Shown here one piece after another: positions 40,248 to 51,232 of a stretch of 64,000 nucleotides of DNA. The stretch comes from Nemertoderma westbladi (taxonomy: Eukaryota; Animalia; Xenacoelomorpha): positions 88,234 to 152,233 of the forward strand of contig JAUCBJ010000644.1 of NCBI GenBank assembly GCA_032718475.1. The letters are read 5' to 3'. The notes beneath the pieces were generated by a model. That model did no database searches. It had not been told where the DNA came from and was given only the letters and a program-made list of their open reading frames with translations. How positions within the stretch are numbered: the stretch's first letter is position 1; the number at the start of each line of letters is the position of its first letter. The position numbers were made by a program, and so were the translations under genes.

Positions 40248-42655
40248 AAATCCCCCGTCCACCCACTCCATCTACCTCTGACATTCCCCGTCCACCAACT
40301 CCATCTACCTCCAACTCCTCCTGTCCACCCACTCCATCTACCTCTGACATCCCCCGTCCACCAACTCCATCTACCTCCAACTCCTCCTGTCCACCCACTC
40401 CATATACATCTGACATCCCCCGTCCACCAACTCTATCTACCTCTGACATCCTCCTGTCCACCAACTCTATCTCCTCTGACATTCCCCGTCCACCAACTCC
40501 ATCTACCTCCAACTCCTCCTGTCCACCCACTCCATCTACCTCTGACATCCCCCGTCCACCAACTCCATCTACCTCCAAGTCCTCCTGTCCACCCACTCCA
40601 TATACATCTGACATCCCCCGTCCACCAACTCCATCTACCTCCAACTCCTCCTGTCCACCCACTCCATATACATCTGACATCCCCCGTCCACCAACTCCAT
40701 CTACCTCCAACTCCTCCTGTCCACCCACCCCATCTACCTCTGACATCCCCGTCCACCAACTCCATCTACGTCTGACATCCCCCGTCCACCCACTCCATCT
40801 ACCTCTGACATCCCCCGTCCACCAACTCTATCTACCTCCAACTCCCCCGTCCACCCACTCTATCTACCTCTGACATCCTCCTGTCCACCAACTCTATCTC
40901 CTCTGACATTCCCCGTCCACCCACTCCATCTACCTCTGACATCCCCCGTCCACCCACTCCATCTACGTCTGACATCCCCCGTCCACCAACTCCATCTACC
41001 TCCAACTCCTCCTGTCCACCCACCCCATCTACCTCTGACATCCCCGTCCACCAACTCCATCTACGTCTGACATCCCCCGTCCACCAACTCCATCTACCTC
41101 CAACTCCTCCTGTCCACCCACCCCATCTACATCTGACATCCCCCGTCCACCAACTCCATCTACCTCCAACTCCTCCTGTCCACCCACCCCATCTACCTCT
41201 GACATCCCCGTCCACCAACTCCATCTACGTCTGACATCCCCCGTCCACCAACTCCATCTACCTCCAACTCCTCCTGTCCACCCACCCCATCTACCTCTGA
41301 CATCCCCGTCCACCAACTCCATCTACGTCTGACATCCCCCGTCCACCAACTCCATCTACCTCCAACTCCTCCTGTCCACCCACCCCATCTACATCTGACA
41401 TCCCCCGTCCACCCACTCCATCTACCTCTGACATCCTCCCGTCCACCCACTCCATCTACCTCTGACATCCCCCGTCCACCCACTCTCCATCTACCTCTGA
41501 CATCCCCCGTCCACCAACTCTATCTACCTCCAACTCCTCATGTCCACCCACTCCATCTACCTCTGACATGCCCCGTCCACCCACTCCATCTACCTCTGAC
41601 ATCCTCCAGTCCACCCACTCCATCTACCTCTGACATCCTCCCGTCCACCCACTCCATCTACCTCTGACATCCCCCGTCCACCCACTCTCCATCTACCTCT
41701 GACATCCCCCGTCCACCAACTCTATCTACCTCCAACTCCTCATGTCCACCCACTCCATCGACCTCTGACATCCCCCGTCCACCCACTCCATCTACCTCTG
41801 ACATCCTCCCGTCCACCCACTCCATCTACATCCCCATCCACCAACTCCATCTACCTCCGAAATCCCCTGTCCACCCACTCTATCTACCTCCGACATCCCC
41901 TGTCCATCCACTACATCTACCTCCAGTTCCCCTGTCCATCTACCTCCAGTTCCCCTGTCCATCTACTCCATCTACCTCCAAGCTAACCTGGCCCATCACC
42001 ATTTCCGGTTAACAACTCCGTGTTCATTCTCATAGTCGCCCTGTTTCTCTTAGTCGTCATGTTTGAATGTGCTATTATGGTGGTTAATTTCTCTTTGTAC
42101 CTCTATATTAGTCCTACTCCTTAGGAATGTTCCAGAACATTATTTAATATCCAATCACGTATTAATATACGAGTTTGCAAAACACCTTATCATTATACTC
42201 TCTGGTCAGAACACCCTATATGCAATTGAAATATACCCTATGTCGAGACCCTAACACACTGTAATATAGTAGAACACCCACTCGTTGAGATAGGGTGTTC
42301 TGCCACAAGATATGGTATATTGTTCCATAAAAGGCTACATAAAAAATAAGGGTCTCGTCAGTTATAAAAATAAAGATACGGACAACTCCAAGAGAAAGAG
42401 CATCCCCGATTTGCCCAGAATCGATCAAAACCTCAAAATCGAAAAATTTGAGATACGGTGTTCTACCTTCTCACGGCAGTTTTACTGCATGAGTGTCGCT
42501 TAAATCCGACGTAAGGTTGTACAAATTTCTCACTGTTTGTGTCCCCTAAAAAGGGGGGGGGGGGGGGGGGGGGTAATATTGACACAGAGGGGATTCTATA
42601 TAGGGTATTATATACGATATTTTACTTACACATTAGCGAAATAACGGAAACATAT

Positions 42656-44385
42656 GGGTCAATGCCAACCATATTGACCTATGTCCCGTACGTGATTTTT
42701 GAAATTTGTTGAATTTTGAAATTAACTTTGAGAATTTGTCATAGTGATGGTTAGAAAGAGCGATAATTTCTGTTCTGCATATGAAACCAGAAAGTGCCCC
42801 AAAAACTTCTTGGCCGTTATTGAGAGAAACGTTCCGGAATGCAAAAGTTGAGAAAAACTTTTTGTCACGTATGGGAAATTTATAAACATTTTTTTCGTAC
42901 TTACTACTTTTTCGTACTACCATATTCTTGAAAATTTGAAGTAACAGTCGTTTAATGGTGGTATTGAGGTGTCCGGCAAGAGATATCAGATAGAAGTTTT
43001 CTGGTGAGAAAAAATTTAAAAATTCTGACACTAAAAATAAATATTTTATAGAGTGACAACACAAAGTTTCACTTTCTGGGAAACTTTGCCGTGAAAAGTG
43101 GAACTAATTGTTTTTTTTCCTGTTAAAATGTGATACACAAAACTGTTACATATGGTCATCTGAAAACCGTTATTTTATATCAAAAAATTAATTTGAAAAT
43201 GTAAATAGACAGTTTTTTTATGTCATGTATGGGACATATTGATATGGTATAGGAAGGAATTTACATGGAAACGATTATTATAAATTTTGACATTTATTTT
43301 CCAATTAAAAACAAATCATAAAATTCCTCAAACAACTCCTCCGTACTAGAATTTAAGTCCAGTTTATGGTCCTTCCCACTGCCACTCCTGTTCCATTCCC
43401 TACTTCCATCCCACTCTCAACTAATGTCCCAATCTCAACACCCTTTCCAAAAATAGTTAATTTGGTCATAAATTAATTTGGTCTGTTGTCAATTAAGGGG
43501 AAGGAGCAGGTTACAGTTTATCTGTGACTGGTATGCCCCCAACCATTAATTAAATGTAAGTAATTCGTTGTTTAGACCATGATTAACTTCTGCCCCCAAC
43601 ACAATGTGAAGTATGGGACATCCGGTCACGTTATGGGACAAGGTAGTTTTTTCAACCTGGCCAAATAAATGTCTACGTAGCAGTCTCACTGATACAACCC
43701 ATACCGGTACATGGCAAAACTATCTGAGAAATGGATGTGATAATCTAAATCTTTATGAGTTCGCGTTTTCTGATAAAAAAAAAACCTCCGTTAAGTATGG
43801 GACACTTTTTTGGACCATTTTGGAGAAGCTCACGGAATATATTATTCATATGAACTGCTAAACCACCAAAAATTGCCAATCTAACTGATTCATATGGAGG
43901 AATATTAGTGGGAGTGTTAACACATCGGGTTAATGGCCCATATTTGACAATTTATATGCCATTAAATTAATCATTTACCGAGTGTCACGTATGTGACAGA
44001 AAATCGGACCACGTTAATAGTTTTTTTGTATTTCTGCTATCTCCAATTTACTACGAAGCTACGTTTATTTGTTCACAGGAATTATACTCAGCAGGGATAT
44101 TAATCGTTTGGCACCTGAATTGTACAATATTAATGTCCAAAATGAGCCCGTAATCACAATAAAAAATTTGAATAATGTCCCGTAAGAGACGATTTTTTTT
44201 TAATTCGTTGTAGCTTTTTCTATACCAAACTGTGGTTGGAGTGTATCACAGCAGGAGGGGACCGATTATTGTGTATTCGGCGATCTAATTATCAAAGCCA
44301 TTCGACAAATCATTTTCGAATGATTTACATTTTTGTATATTTTTGTCCGGTACGTAACTTGGTAATGTATGGTTGGCATTGACCC
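42656..44385. mobile_element. Non-autonomous TIR DNA transposon, Sola1-like, 1730 bp
   Basis: Perfect 18-bp TIR GGGTCAATGCCAACCATA at both ends, flanked by ATAT (42652-42655 and 44386-44389), fitting an AWWT 4-bp TSD; no intact transposase. Confidence 0.75.
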
Positions 44386-44634
44386 ATATGAATTCACTTT
44401 AAACCCAGGTTATAGATGGGCTGAATCTAACCAAAACAATAAACGAAATAGTTTCTGTTCAAGTTATATAAGCACTATAAAACTTTTGATAAATTTCTTC
44501 ATATAAAAAAATTGCGACCTAAAGTGAACAAAGTAGGCTAGACAACCATTTACAACTAATGGAAGGGTGAATAAACAGGAAGATAAAATATTCATAAAAT
44601 TAACCGAAGTACACACAACATCTTCTGTCTACAG

Positions 44635-44764
44635 ATTAAAAGATCCACTAATGCAACAAGCAACCGTCACTACACCGCTTGCCACTTTGAGGCGGACATA
44701 ACATTAGCCAACAATCTTATGACAACTAATCAAACAAATGCGAGGAGATTAAATGGTGGAGAAG
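44635..44764 (+). CDS. TNF-superfamily ligand, exon 2 (dibasic KR site and THD strand A)
   Basis: Acceptor TCTTCTGTCTACAG, donor G|GTTAGT; 130 nt, phase 0 to phase 1. Encodes IKRSTNATSNRHYTACHFEADITLANNLMTTNQTNARRLNGGE, where TACHF matches the AAH(F/L) strand A. Not in the ORF track. Confidence 0.85.
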
Positions 44765-45114
44765 GTTAGTTGTTTCTAATTAATATTAAACGTACTTATT
44801 GGCCTACCTGAGAAGGATAATATTTATTTGTATTATACCCCTAGGCCTACTGTATATTAGTGTTTAAACGGGATCAAACTTTTCGGCATTTTCGGGACCG
44901 GGATTATCACTCTCGATATCCCGTTTTTCAAGAGATACAACAAACGTTTTTTTTTCCTATAATAAACAATAGTTATCCTGCTGTCTTGAGACTCAAGAAG
45001 CACAGTATTCCTATACTTAATTCCACGTAATTAAATAAATAAATAGTAACCCTAAGTTAGAATAAAGTAAACATACTAATTAATAGCACTAAATTAATAG
45101 ATTTCATGAATTAA

Positions 45115-47106
45115 TTAATTACTGCAATCCACATTGGCTTGGTGTAGCGACGAGAATGCGTGCAATGCAAAACCCTTCGCAGTGGTGTCGCTGGTATCAT
45201 AATCACTACACGAGTTAAACATCATTTCGGAAAGGCCGGTATCCTGTAATAGGGTGGCGAGTTCACAGAGGCGAGATGCAACATCGGGCTTACAATGGAA
45301 CTCACAGGAGTCGATATGTCGAGCGAGTTTGGCGAGACAGTGACGGGCGGGAGGGATGAGTGGAAGGTTACGAGCTGAGAGTTTAGCAAGACATGATGCC
45401 GCCACGGAAACTAACCGCGGGTAGGATGCGCTTAGACCCTTCGAGAAAACTATCTCATTAATCAGACACTCGATTACATCAAAGTACTGCTTGCAAAAAT
45501 AACTGGATGCATAGCGACCGATACAAATAATTAGGTTGGAATGGAATAATTCGCCGGATATTTCAAGGTTTCGTGTCACTGATAAGAATTCGATAATTTC
45601 TTCACTGTAGGAGTTTATTGAAGCAGGTTCACGTTGGATAAGATCCGGAAGACGTGAAGCGATTGTGTTTATTATCGATTTACGGTGATCCCCGGTCTCA
45701 TAAAGAAGTATAACTCGTTCAAGAATATCGGGAATTAGTCGTGTGGATACATTGGGAGTGGCGTAGTCCAGTAAGACAGAGAAGAATGATTGAATAAGGG
45801 GGTTAACGAGAGAAGAAGTCGCGTTGACTCGAGGAAGTCGGAGCAATGGAATTAGCAGTTCATGGACGCGAGAGAGTTTACTGATTGTATCACCATGACC
45901 ACTGCGTTGCCTTGCGATATACGCAAACAGAGGCACATTTAAGGGGTTCACAAACATCTCAATCAGATTGGTTGGGAGGAAGTGACCTTGGAAGAGGAGT
46001 CGAGAATCCAACTGGCAGACAATTTGCCGTTTCATAAGAAGAACGGCGGTGAGGCACGGTAGGTCAAGAATGGTGTGGAATACTTCAGGAGTTGTTTTGG
46101 GATTCATAAAGACAGGAATCAGTTGGGTTCGGAAATCTTCCTCCAATTGGTCGGGGTTCCAGGCCAATAGTTTCATCAAATTGGGGAAATACGATGCAAA
46201 GAATCCATTGGAAGAGAGCAGTTCCAAATGGGCCAAACAGAAGCGTACAAGGTCAAAAGAGAATTGTGAGTCATGAAAATGTTCCTCAATAAATGGGCGA
46301 CTGCCAAGGAGATTTTCCAGGAGTGAGTGATAGGAGCTGAGATCGCAATGATGGAGCAGGTATGAGAGGCAAGAGAGATGGACATCAATGTGGAGGGGAT
46401 TGGTACTTCGTGTCAATGTGCGTCGCACAGAAGGCAGCAGTTTGTCGATGTAGTCAGGATGCAGAGTGCAAACAGAATTGAGGACATGTATTACTTCAGA
46501 CACCACAGCTTGTTGCAATGAAAGGTCTGATGGTTTCGAAACTCGTTCACCTTGTGATAACAAGCGCAGAGAATAGTCTACCAGTGTCTCTAGGAATAGG
46601 TCTAAAACTGTTTCTATTGATGTGTCGCACCCATCTACACCTACAGGCGATGTGTCTTCTTCTGTATATTCAGACGGTTCTTCATTATCTTCTGTTTTGC
46701 AGCCTAATGTGGTAGATTTGATGCGGCTCATTCCATGACCAGGGTATGACATGGAATCTTTAGTGATATTATAGGATTCTAACCTAGAAACCCATCGCCT
46801 AATAGAAGAGAATAAAGCAATATGGAAACTTTGCGCTTTGGTGTAATTTTTTGATATATTGAGTACTGTGAAGAACCCCTGGGCAGGAGATCCATCAATT
46901 TCTTGAACTTGCTTTGAGGATGCAGATAGAAATTTACGGGGTGTCAATGTAAGACTTTCTATGCACGATGATGTTTTCAACCAGTTGTGTATTGTAGTGG
47001 TTAATATTTGGAAACTCTGCCTTGTGATCTTGGGGTTATCTAACATTTTCATTAAATCGGCCAGTTGGTATATAGGGATGGTACCAGTATCAACAGACTG
47101 AGCCAT
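45115..47106 (-). CDS. AP5Z1: AP-5 complex subunit zeta-1-like protein, single-exon ORF nested antisense in TNF intron 2
   Basis: 663-aa helical protein with segments I recognise from AP5Z1/SPG48: YFPNLMKLLAW, ILDLPCLTAVL, CLAKLSARNLPLIPPARHCLAKL. Shorter than human AP5Z1 (~800 aa). Confidence 0.8.
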   Translation of the reverse strand: MAQSVDTGTIPIYQLADLMKMLDNPKITRQSFQILTTTIHNWLKTSSCIESLTLTPRKFLSASSKQVQEIDGSPAQGFFTVLNISKNYTKAQSFHIALFSSIRRWVSRLESYNITKDSMSYPGHGMSRIKSTTLGCKTEDNEEPSEYTEEDTSPVGVDGCDTSIETVLDLFLETLVDYSLRLLSQGERVSKPSDLSLQQAVVSEVIHVLNSVCTLHPDYIDKLLPSVRRTLTRSTNPLHIDVHLSCLSYLLHHCDLSSYHSLLENLLGSRPFIEEHFHDSQFSFDLVRFCLAHLELLSSNGFFASYFPNLMKLLAWNPDQLEEDFRTQLIPVFMNPKTTPEVFHTILDLPCLTAVLLMKRQIVCQLDSRLLFQGHFLPTNLIEMFVNPLNVPLFAYIARQRSGHGDTISKLSRVHELLIPLLRLPRVNATSSLVNPLIQSFFSVLLDYATPNVSTRLIPDILERVILLYETGDHRKSIINTIASRLPDLIQREPASINSYSEEIIEFLSVTRNLEISGELFHSNLIICIGRYASSYFCKQYFDVIECLINEIVFSKGLSASYPRLVSVAASCLAKLSARNLPLIPPARHCLAKLARHIDSCEFHCKPDVASRLCELATLLQDTGLSEMMFNSCSDYDTSDTTAKGFALHAFSSLHQANVDCSN

Positions 47107-47747
47107 TATCAGATTATTATATCCAATAAATATTAATAAATAGGTATTAAAGAAGTATTCTACATCTACAGTAGATACAAAAATAAAGATTATGTCTCAC
47201 CCTGTACAGTGTACATACACATTAAGACAGTAGAGTAAGACGTCGGGAAGATAAACTTGGGGTCTATGACTCGACTCATCTTTCATGGGATCTCATCCAA
47301 TTTATTTTGTATTGCATATTATCGAAAAAAATAGGGGGGTCTTAAAAAATATTCTGGGATGATTGCAGGTGCAGTTAAACGTTTTACACCAAAATCATTT
47401 TCAATTATTCTCAGTTAATTAAAACTATCATAACACGAACAGACGAAAAATAAAAGAGCTAGGCCCTATTGCTAAGCCATTTCCAGATTTCAAATCTCCT
47501 TTAAAATTCAAATTATATCATAATCAAATCATACATAATTTCAAGTTAAACAATCGTATCAGCATTATATTCAAGTTTAAACATATTTTACGAAATGTAA
47601 TATAAAATAAATCAATGTCAATATAAGAAACACAATATTATATAGCCCACCACCTAAACTGTAAATACTATAAAAATACATTGCTTGAAGCGCTGCACTG
47701 TTGCCTAGCAACTGGGGACAATACAATTTAAAAAAAAAGCAGGTAAC

Positions 47748-48481
47748 CTAAGGCAACCCAGCACCATCCTCCAGGCCAAGGCAGCTCCTCCAACTCATCC
47801 GCGACCCCCTAATACAGTGAGAGGCCCCACGGATCAGAGGGAACTGAATCCGGGTGCGCACCCACCCCATCACTACACTGTATGGTTTCCCCCAGGAACT
47901 ATGGAGCTTTTCCGCGATTATGCGGAGTAGCTTGTTGGCCTGGGGGGCCAGCACACAGTCGCAGGACGCAAAAAACGGGGAGAAGTCCGCTCGTCGAGCG
48001 GTTACGGCTTCCGCGTAGAGGAGCTTCTTGTCCTCTTCGGCGGACTCGAGTATGGAGTTCGGCGAGCGGTTGGCATAAGACCCGGCGTCAAGGTTGATGA
48101 CCTTCATGTCAAACAACGCCTGGGTCTGCCTGTTGAACGCCCCCCGGACCCCAAGTCGCACCGAAGACCTGCGCCCCCATCGACCCCCTGCTGCTCACGG
48201 ACAACGGGTTCATTGACCACGTTCTGGGGCCCGAATGCCAACACCGCGAGGTCCCCAACGACATCCCACAACTCGTTGTGCCTCTGGATGACGAGGCCGC
48301 CCTTCTTACAATTAAGACCGTGGTTGAGGTCGAAGGCGGCCCCGCACCCATCGCACCAGCTCGGTACAGCAACCAATGGACGACCATACCTGATGGACAG
48401 GGCATCCCTAAACTCTCGAGGAGAGAGGTCGAGTTGGTGTTCCGATAGCGGGAGTGCATAATATGGGTGGTCATTGGTCAT
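47748..48481 (-). mobile_element. CRE-clade non-LTR retrotransposon, 3' fragment (zinc knuckle + restriction-like endonuclease)
   Basis: EFRDALSIRYG, CDGC..H..C zinc knuckle, RHN, EP, RCDL..FDMKV (PD-(D/E)xK) and E..K..Y..FSPF motifs; one frameshift near 48160; GC-rich island in AT-rich DNA. Confidence 0.85.
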
Positions 48482-49056
48482 ACATAATTAATTTGTAGAA
48501 TTGTTCAAAAAATGGTGTACCGCCCCCCATCGCCCCCCCCCCCCCCCCCCCCACCCCGCAGCAGGTAACACTTTTAAGGAAATATATATGTTAGTTTGGT
48601 AGTTAGGCAAGCAGTTAGGCACCACGGCAATCAAAACTTTCTATTCCTTTCCTCGGCTGGAGGGAATGGCTCAACGGGACATGATGCTTGCATATGCCTA
48701 GTGTAGCATAGCCTATGGATCTTGATCTATGATCTACTGGTACTGTAGGTTATGCTTTCTGCATTTGGGAAAAGGAGACACAAAAGTGGTGCAAATTTTC
48801 ATTACCATTCAGCCATTACTGGTAGGCCCTACGGCCTGCCTACTTCAGTAGACTGGCAGTGGCTGGCGCCCTGCTTGCTACCGCGCAGATTTAACGTAGG
48901 CCCTACCCATATTTCGGCAGTTCGGGTACCCGGGTACGTTTTATTTTAACGCACAAGACATTATAGTCATCCTAACAAAACTCCATACAACCAGACAACT
49001 GTAGGCCTACTGCTGTACAACCAATCAAAAGATCAATATTGATTATCGCTCTGTCG

Positions 49057-50774
49057 GGTAATATCACATTTGAGGCACAGTGGTAAGAAATTTTTTTATC
49101 GATTCCCCTATGCCCGTGGCGAACCACTTATACTTTTTTTTCAAACTTTAATGATTCCCCTATGCCCTTGGCGAACCACTTATACTTTTTTCAAAAGTTT
49201 GTTGATTCAGCTACGTCCATAGTAAACCACTCCTTTTCAAAGTATGTTGATTCCTCTATCCTATGTCCTTATTAAGAAACCTAATTATTTGAAAGTTTAT
49301 TTATTAACGTTTTATTTATTTATTAATATATAGTAGTAATAATAACAATACCGGTACTTGATTAGCACACATTGCACTGTAATATTGCATATAATTTACC
49401 TAATTAACTAAAACTGCTAATTAACTATGTATTAATAAATGGCACAAACTGCAAATTGAATTATTATTGTACAAAATGCCACAATTCCTAAAAATCTGCA
49501 CTGTAATATTAATAATTGCTTAATAATAATTTGAGGTTTACTTAAAAAAAACGTACCGGTACTAAAAAATGATTGATTAATTAAAAATTACTTAGTAGGC
49601 CTTATAAATTACATATTTTGGTATATGGACTACAATTGTAGTATCTCATATTCTAAATATCAATATCTTCATAATAATTGCATGTGGTTGGCTAAAATTT
49701 TGTGTATTCCTAAGGTTTCTACTTACCAACCTATGTATTGGATAGGCCTATTTAAAAAATGTCGACCAATCACAGCAGAGAAAATTGCAATTTTCTCTTA
49801 CTTTAATATATGGACTAGGCTACATTTGTAGTCAATTGAATTAAGGTTAATTCTAAGCTTATATCACTATGATATTCTAATTATAACATTATAAATAATT
49901 GCTTTGTGTGAAACATGATATAGCCTACACACCAGCCAGACAAGCAAATAGCCAGCAATTGGCTGGTACTGAAGCATCCACCGGTACTGAATTAGTCAAT
50001 TAGCCTAGTATTATTATACTTTATATACATAACATTCAGTAGACCCATATAGCCAAGTATACAGTAGAATTGGTTTCATACAGTGTCAGAGCAGTAGAGT
50101 GCAGTTCAGTCTGATTATACTCTCAAGCTTCTACCAATATTTTACGTTGTACTTTCCTTTGAGTGATTAGTTGGCCTAAATATGATATCCCACTCCATAG
50201 TGAAATCTTCATCCGATCTGGTAGCTCAGTACACACACCCGGCTGATGATAACCGTAAGTTTGAAACCTAGGTACCGGGTTCGAGCCCCAACAGGGTCGG
50301 TTGATATTTTTCGCTATGGAGAGCATTATCATATTGTCCTATCCACATTATCTACCAATATTTTGTATTTTACAATGAGCGAAGACTTCCGCACAATAAA
50401 CATTGATCAGTGGTTGGATGATGGGTAATTTGTAGGGGAAGTTCCGGTACAGGATCTGAACGCAAGAGAATCATCTTCACGTCAAGAAGAAAATGATTAT
50501 TCAGGTGATGAAATAGACTCCTAGATGAAATAAACATCGTCCTCTGCAACCGTAAATTTTACATCACATTAAATACACGACCTGGAGTGTCTGTCTATAG
50601 ATTTTCCGGAAAATTGAGGAAATGGCAGAATGGTGCACATTTGAAAACAGTTAAAATTGATTTTTCGAAAAAAAAAAAGCCATAAACTGATAAACTCATG
50701 ATTTTCTATCGTGCTGCTCGAAGCGGAAAACTGTGAAACTGTGAACACTGTGGTGCCTCAAATGTGATTGAACC
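49057..50774. mobile_element. Non-autonomous DNA transposon with 9-bp TSD (Merlin- or MULE-like), 1718 bp
   Basis: TIR GGTnnnATCACATTTGAGGCAC at both ends; TSD GCTCTGTCG at 49048-49056 and 50775-50783; subterminal ~50-bp tandem repeats at 49101-49260; decayed acidic ORF near 50375-50525. Confidence 0.85.
50213..50300 (+). other. tRNA-like / Pol III A-box and B-box cassette inside the transposon
   Basis: TAGCTCAGT (A-box-like), GGTTCGAGCCC (B box), ends CCGATCTG/CAGGGTCGG able to pair; D and anticodon arms are non-canonical. Confidence 0.6.
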
Positions 50775-51232
50775 GCTCTGTCGTTAGTTCCGGAGATTTT
50801 TAAAGGGAAATAAGCAGGCTGGCAGGTTCAGAGGTTACAGCAGTACAGTGACGAATTACTGAATTAATCTAACCAAAACAATAAACGAGAGTTAATAGCA
50901 CATGTTACAGTTAAACTGCAGTTTATTTTTGCTATTTATTTTGTACTACCGGTAGGCCGACTAAAACGTACCCAATATGCCAACGCATCATTCAGTCCAG
51001 CAGTTATTGTTAAAACAGTAAAACGTAGGCCAGTACAGCAGTATTCGGGTACGTTTTAACCAGGGCTGCAGGGTACATTTTTACTTGTCCCCCAGTCCCC
51101 CCCTGCCCCTACAGCGCTGCACCGCACCTACCGCGCTATCGGTAGGCTAGGCAGCAGGGCCTACCTACAGACCTGCCTTCACCTGTACAGTACACAGCCA
51201 GGTTGGAATTTATGTAGAGTTTGCTCAACATG

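Larger units (their letters stand above)
21852..41981. repeat. 33-bp minisatellite/satellite array (~590 units, ~20 kb) with higher-order structure
   Basis: Unit TCCACC(C/A)ACTCCATCTACCTCTGACATCCCCCG and variants; very C-rich + strand. It translates as EVDGVGGRGMS (-) and PTPSTSDIPRP or HPLHLPLTSPV (+), which explains the many long ORFs in the track. Confidence 0.98.
21140..42479 (-). mobile_element. 21.3-kb non-autonomous TIR DNA transposon (probably Sola1) enclosing the 33-bp array
   Basis: Left TIR 21140-21175 CTGCCGTTAGAAGGTAGAACAACACCCTATCGCAAA; right TIR 42447-42479 reverse-complements to CTGCCGTGAGAAGGTAGAACACCGTATCTCAAA (3 mismatches plus one 3-nt indel). Subterminal AGGGTGTT/AACACCCT motifs occur at both ends. 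Transposase-like remnant CKLDCKEKINSEYRQEIQDTYWSL on - at 21628-21699. No clean TSD. Confidence 0.75.

Noticed and set aside
21610-41483. Long Gly/Asp-rich, His/Pro-rich and mucin-like ORFs (up to 1320 aa) as real genes
   Set aside because: They arise because the 33-bp unit is a multiple of 3 and stop-free in several frames on both strands; they are broken by scattered 1-nt indels and LINE pieces.
42633-43064. 143-aa ORF in the small Sola-like element
   Set aside because: F/K/N-rich translation of AT-rich DNA, crosses the TIR and has no transposase motif.
50213-50300. Functional tRNA gene
   Set aside because: No canonical D arm or anticodon arm could be folded; kept only as tRNA-like.
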